NCBI GenBank assembly: GCA_964458565.1
Contig: CAYWJO010000039.1
Span: 1 to 32,680 of the forward strand
Length of the DNA: 32,680 nt
Source: an uncultured archaeon
GTDB lineage: Archaea > Asgardarchaeota > Thorarchaeia > Thorarchaeales > Thorarchaeaceae
Direction: 5' to 3'
Position 1 is the stretch's first letter, and each line of letters begins with the position of its first letter. Below the pieces are notes generated by a model that ran no database searches, was not told the origin of the DNA, and saw only the letters and a list, made by a program, of their open reading frames with translations. A program made the translations under genes and the position numbers. Shown here one piece after another: positions 28,350-32,680 of this stretch.

Positions 28350-28404
28350 GCTGTTTAGTGAAGACCGCTGCTTTTAATCCCACACATAAATTTGCAACTC
28401 ACTT

Positions 28405-28776
28405 TCAATGTGTTCTAGAAACATTCAGGTAGAAATCAATGATATCCTGTACTGTGGGAGTTCCTATCATGAAATCATCCCCAATATTGATTCGTGGGAC
28501 TGGTTTCGATGAGATGAGTGCTTTCAACCGCTCTAAAAGTGACATTTGGTTGATATCTATAATCTCAAAGGGCACGCCAAGTTCTGTAGCTGCTGCCTTC
28601 GCAGAGAAGACGAGTGGGAGTGCTTCTGGTGGGACTAATTTCGTCAACGTATCATCGGACTTCAGACCTAGTGCCTTATCACAGGCGTGACACACAGGTT
28701 GCAGACCAACCCTACCAGGTCTTCCTCCAATCGTCCTTGAATGATAGAACACGCTAATCCCTATTAATTCACTCAT
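28405..28776 (-). CDS. hypothetical protein, possibly thioredoxin/glutaredoxin-like fold
   Basis: CHAC, then FEIIDI...PVPRINIG...G.PT, resembling the cis-Pro region. Confidence 0.6.
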   Translation of the reverse strand: MSELIGISVFYHSRTIGGRPGRVGLQPVCHACDKALGLKSDDTLTKLVPPEALPLVFSAKAAATELGVPFEIIDINQMSLLERLKALISSKPVPRINIGDDFMIGTPTVQDIIDFYLNVSRTH

Positions 28777-28853
28777 ACCAAGTACCTACTGGTAATTGGT
28801 CACTAGGTAATATAGAGTTAAATTTCAGGGAAATTTTGTTCGATAAAATGGAA

Positions 28854-29933
28854 TTAGAAGTCACGTTGGATGAGAAAGTCTGAGAGACCTATGAGAAACT
28901 CTCTGTACTTTGGAATCAGAGGAGGTTCAGCTGTATCAAGAGCTGCCTGACCTGTTGTTAGGAGCTCGGACATTCGCTTCTGTGTGGCTTCGAGTGCCCC
29001 AGTATCACGGAAAATTTTTCTAACATAATCAACTTCTGCATCAGACATTCCTTCCTTGCCAAGGAGTTTATCAAGTTCTTTCTTCTTTTCGAAACTCGCT
29101 CGATCATAGGCTTCAAAAACGAGCATGGTCTTTTTACCCTCACGAATATCACCAGAGGATGATTTTCCAAGCTTCTCTTCATCACCGAATGAACCAAGAA
29201 TGTCGTCTTGAACTTGGAATGCCTTGCCTACATTAATGCCGAATTCTTCCAGTGCATTTACCTGCGAATCAGATGCTTTAGCTATGGCGGCACCCATCAT
29301 CAGTGAACGGTCAAAAAGGACAGCTGTCTTCATTCTGACCATCCTGAGGTAGGTTTCTGGTGTGGCTGATTTGTCAGTTATCATGTTCATCTCGAGAAGA
29401 ACACCATCGACAAGATGTTGGAAAGCAAACTCATAGTAATCATGTAGTTTCACTGACACCTCAGGATCTAATTTTGCTGCTGTGATAGCTGCTGCGCCTA
29501 GGTTGATCAGTGAGTCGCCACCGAGGATTGCCATGGTCATTCCATAGTCATCCGATGCAGACTTGTTACCAGAACGTTCCAAGAAGAGATCTCTGTAGGT
29601 CGCATGGAAGGTTTTACTACCCCTGCGAGTTTCATCATGGTCAATCAAATCATCATGGAGGAGGGACCCATTATGTAGAATTTCTACAGAACAGGCTGCC
29701 ATGTAGAGATTTTCAGGAACATCATCACCCTTGATAGCTTTGTAACCTAGCACGATGAGGACAGGACGCAATCTTTTCCCACCGCGCATGATATATTCCT
29801 TGACATTCTCGTAGTACTTCTTGTGCCATGCACTGAAAGTACTAACTTCTTCAATCTTGGAGTCGAAGAATCCGTTCAGAGTCTTTACGACTCTTTTTAT
29901 TTCGTCCTTCAGAGAATCAAGATAATCAGTCAT
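28854..29933 (-). CDS. polyprenyl diphosphate synthase (probable GGPP synthase)
   Basis: GGKRLRP, LLHDDLID.D.TRRG, KTA, FQVQDD, GK...DIREGK. Confidence 0.93.
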   Translation of the reverse strand: MTDYLDSLKDEIKRVVKTLNGFFDSKIEEVSTFSAWHKKYYENVKEYIMRGGKRLRPVLIVLGYKAIKGDDVPENLYMAACSVEILHNGSLLHDDLIDHDETRRGSKTFHATYRDLFLERSGNKSASDDYGMTMAILGGDSLINLGAAAITAAKLDPEVSVKLHDYYEFAFQHLVDGVLLEMNMITDKSATPETYLRMVRMKTAVLFDRSLMMGAAIAKASDSQVNALEEFGINVGKAFQVQDDILGSFGDEEKLGKSSSGDIREGKKTMLVFEAYDRASFEKKKELDKLLGKEGMSDAEVDYVRKIFRDTGALEATQKRMSELLTTGQAALDTAEPPLIPKYREFLIGLSDFLIQRDF

Positions 29934-30068
29934 GGTCGCTCCTCTCTTGGCTATTGTTCAATCCACAACTTAAGAGGATTTCTGAATATTAAGCTAGATT
30001 ACTTGTTTCATAAGATATTAAGCACAATGTCATTGGTAATTGGCATATCATTACTAGGAGAATTTCAA

Positions 30069-30971
30069 ATGAAGTCACATTCGGATTCCAATCGATTTGC
30101 TATTATTAGTGACCCATCAGAAGAAGAGGTAAAACCATTCCAAAAGGGACTCGAATCGTATAATCTGGAACAGACGGATGGAGAATATAATAGTCCTGAA
30201 GAATGGCTAAGTCTGGTCCTCAAGGACCATAATGGTAACATTGTTGGAGGAATTACGACAAGCACATTGTATTGGGCTCAATATCTAGAAACCTTCTGGG
30301 TGGATAAAAGATTTCGGAAACAAGGTTACGGAAGAGATCTTCTTTTTGAAGCAGAACGATTAGCAAAGAAGAATGGATGCGTCGTGTCTCAGACCTATAC
30401 ATTTTCTTGGCAAGCATCTGATTTCTATCAAGCCGTTGGATATAAGCTGGTTGCCACTTATGATGGATATGTTGAGGGAATTACTGAGCTCATCTTGATG
30501 AAAAGTCTGGATACTACAGACATAGCACCTAAGAAAACCGATCCAACTCGATTTGCAATCCATAAGGCTTCATTAGAAGAAGCTCAGAAGCCAATCTACG
30601 ATGGAATGGCTGAACATACAATTAGCCAGCTTGGAAATCTTCGTAGTGTACATCCTGAGATTGGGATCAAACTGATTATAAAAAATGGTGAAGGACAGAT
30701 TATTGGAGGGTTGTCTGGGTATACCACTCTTGGGACTATGAATTTTGGAGAATTATGGGTTCACGAAGACTATCGCAATCAGGGATATGGAAAAGATCTT
30801 CTACAAACCGCAGAGAAGATCGCAAAGGAGAAGGGGTGTATCGCAGGACAGACCGCCTGTTTCACTTTTCAGAATCTGGAGTTCCTGAAGAAGCAAGGCT
30901 ATAGTGAATATGGATGTCTTGATGGGTATCCCAAGGGAGTAAGGGAGTATCTGCTCATAAAGAGATTCTAG
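30069..30971 (+). CDS. tandem two-domain GNAT acetyltransferase
   Basis: Two repeats of G.I.GG...WV...R.QGYG.DL...AE..AK..GC..QT.F.FQ...GY. ATG at 30069 preceded by AGGAG. Confidence 0.88.
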   Translation: MKSHSDSNRFAIISDPSEEEVKPFQKGLESYNLEQTDGEYNSPEEWLSLVLKDHNGNIVGGITTSTLYWAQYLETFWVDKRFRKQGYGRDLLFEAERLAKKNGCVVSQTYTFSWQASDFYQAVGYKLVATYDGYVEGITELILMKSLDTTDIAPKKTDPTRFAIHKASLEEAQKPIYDGMAEHTISQLGNLRSVHPEIGIKLIIKNGEGQIIGGLSGYTTLGTMNFGELWVHEDYRNQGYGKDLLQTAEKIAKEKGCIAGQTACFTFQNLEFLKKQGYSEYGCLDGYPKGVREYLLIKRF

Positions 30972-31019
30972 CATACCATGAACAGTAACGTACAAGTTCA
31001 AGCGGAATGAATAATTCTC

Positions 31020-31549
31020 ATGGATAATTGGATTGTGAAGTTGAAAGATTATAGAGAAGTGACTCTATGCTTTCTATCACTTGATGACAAGAAAGATCTA
31101 TTGACTATGTTCTCAACCATGTCTGAAGAAGCACTTCGATGGGGTTTACCCCCGTATAACGAAGAGTGGTTCCAGCGGTTGGAGTCTAGATTTGAGAACA
31201 TTATACCTCTGATAGCAATTTATGAGGAAAGGAAGTCGGTTTTACAGCCATCAACAAACACACTCATGAGAGAAGGAGGGGTATTGGTGATCTAGGCATC
31301 TTCCTGCATCAAGACTTTCATGGAATCGGATTGGGTACTGCTATTACAGAGCGCGTTCTTGATATAGCAAAGAAACACGGTCTACGCAGAATAAGCCTAG
31401 AAGTTATTGAACCAAACAGAGCTGCTGTGCGGCTTTATGAAAAAGTGGGTTTCAAAATCGAGGGCAGATTGATAGAGTCGTTTTTCGGAATTGATGGAAA
31501 ATACTATGACTCACTCATTATGGGAAAGATGTTGAATGAAGAGGCCTAG
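31020..31549 (+). pseudogene. GNAT acetyltransferase with a frameshift near 31228-31236
   Basis: Frame of 31020 matches the paralog up to AIYEER. The shifted frame continues VGFTAINKHTHERRRGIGDLGIFLHQDFHGIGLG, colinear with the paralog at 31565-32086. Confidence 0.85.
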
Positions 31550-31564
31550 TAGGAGTGAAATTGT

Positions 31565-32086
31565 TTGTCAAGTTGGAATGTAAAACTAAAAGATGACAGA
31601 GAAGTGATACTTCGATTCCTAATGACGGAAGATAAAGAAGCACTAATGATTATGATGAATTGTTTGTCAGAAGAGGCCTTGAAGTGGAGTAGTCCGCCTT
31701 ACGATGAAGCTAAGATCACTCGTTGGATGAGTGGTGTAGGAAGTGGTCTTTCTCTTGTGGCTGTATATGAAAAGAGACTTGTAGGAATTGCTGGAATACA
31801 TCACCGAATCTCCCACCCAAGAGAGAAAGGAATAGGAGGGATGACGATATACATTCATCAAGACTTCCATGAGGTGGGATTAGGAACTGCTATGACTGAA
31901 CAACTTCTCAGTCTGGCGAAGAGTAAAGATCTGCATAGAATCGGTCTTGAAGTTGTAGAAGACAATCTAGCTGCAGTATCTCTATACAAGAAAATGGGTT
32001 TGGAAATCGAGGGAACAATGAAGGATGCGTATTTTGGAGTAGACGATAGGTATTGTAATGTGTTAGTTATGGGAAAAATCCTGTAG
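31565..32086 (+). CDS. GNAT family acetyltransferase
   Basis: IHQDFHEVGLG, L.V..DN.AA..LYKKMG..IEG. AGGAG SD before TTG. Confidence 0.9.
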   Translation: MSSWNVKLKDDREVILRFLMTEDKEALMIMMNCLSEEALKWSSPPYDEAKITRWMSGVGSGLSLVAVYEKRLVGIAGIHHRISHPREKGIGGMTIYIHQDFHEVGLGTAMTEQLLSLAKSKDLHRIGLEVVEDNLAAVSLYKKMGLEIEGTMKDAYFGVDDRYCNVLVMGKIL

Positions 32087-32092
32087 AAGTAT

Positions 32093-32117
32093 TGGCGGGT
32101 CAGGAGGGATTTGAACC
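32093..32117 (-). repeat. tRNA 3'-end fragment (probable att remnant)
   Basis: Minus strand reads GGTTCAAATCCCTC CTGACCC G CCA (T-loop, T-stem, acceptor 3' strand, CCA). No matching 5' half seen nearby. Confidence 0.75.
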
Positions 32118-32214
32118 ACTCCATAATAGTAAGGCTTCGTAATAGTTGGTCTATCTAATGAAGAGATTTATCTATGCGAATCTAGTCAGTGGTAAAAAGA
32201 CAGCTGTGAACAAG

Positions 32215-32680
32215 ATGATAAAGACAAGAGTAACTGAAATGTTGGGATGTAAATATCCGATTATAGCTGGGACCATGGCAAGAATTTCTAATCCTGAATT
32301 TGTTGCGGCAGCTAGCAATGCTGGTGCCTGTGCTGTATTAGCCAGTGCAAATTATAAATCTCCTGATGAACTGCGTGATGCGATTAGAAGAACAAAATCA
32401 CTCACAAATCAACCATTTGCAGTTAATATCAATTTGTTCCCTGCTTTGATGCCTCAAGACAAGCTAGAAGATTATGTGGATGCTACATTAGCTGAGGGTG
32501 TGAAGATCATTGAAACAAGTGGTCACAAAGCTCCAGAAGATTTAGTTCCTAAATTCAAGAACAGCGGCGCCATCTGGATCCATAAATGTGCAGGAGTGAG
32601 ATACGCGAAGAAGGGAGCATCTCTAGGTGCTGATATAGTAACGGTCGTTGGATATGAGAATGGTGGAGCTACTGGAGTCT
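32215..32680 (+). CDS. nitronate monooxygenase / FabK-like FMN oxidoreductase (partial, runs off window)
   Basis: MIKTRVTEMLGCKYPIIAGTM, AAASNAG, PFAVNINL, IETSG, GAD..V.G.ENGG. Confidence 0.9.
   Translation, partial: MIKTRVTEMLGCKYPIIAGTMARISNPEFVAAASNAGACAVLASANYKSPDELRDAIRRTKSLTNQPFAVNINLFPALMPQDKLEDYVDATLAEGVKIIETSGHKAPEDLVPKFKNSGAIWIHKCAGVRYAKKGASLGADIVTVVGYENGGATGV

Noticed and set aside
262-32124. Numerous short antisense or nested ORFs in the track
   Set aside because: They are shadows of well-supported genes on the opposite strand or in another frame.
1-32680. Selenoprotein (in-frame TGA) with SECIS
   Set aside because: I found no gene with an in-frame TGA at a conserved Cys position. 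The check was by eye and not exhaustive.

Overview
Archaeal genomic window, most consistent with an Asgard archaeon (Thorarchaeota-like). This placement is inferred from gene content and style, not from a marker-gene search. Bases 1-14.6 kb are mostly accessory. They open with a tRNA-Asn(GTT) gene that only forms a canonical 76-nt cloverleaf after removing four 29-30-nt introns. A 15-bp copy of its 3' end brackets a lone geranylgeranyl-reductase gene as a mini-island. Next come a surface protein, a PRPP-synthetase-like gene interrupted by an in-frame TAG, an AKR, a GNAT, a TIGR04076-cupin fusion, a Vps29-like phosphoesterase and a MutS-like ATPase. A 5'-truncated TnpB with a Fanzor-type rearranged RuvC-II site and a candidate omegaRNA is fused to a truncated SBBP beta-propeller gene. 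Bases 14.6-30 kb are a core housekeeping and RNA-metabolism block (proS, nadM, rtcA, Nog1 GTPase, a proteasome beta subunit lacking Thr1, a B12-radical SAM, taw1, translin, ribK, pcm, DUF371, trm5, an NTase, a GGPP synthase). The end of the window has a GNAT cluster with one frameshifted gene, a second tRNA 3'-end fragment (probable att site) and a partial nitronate-monooxygenase-family gene. The most striking item is the four-intron tRNA and its integration site.
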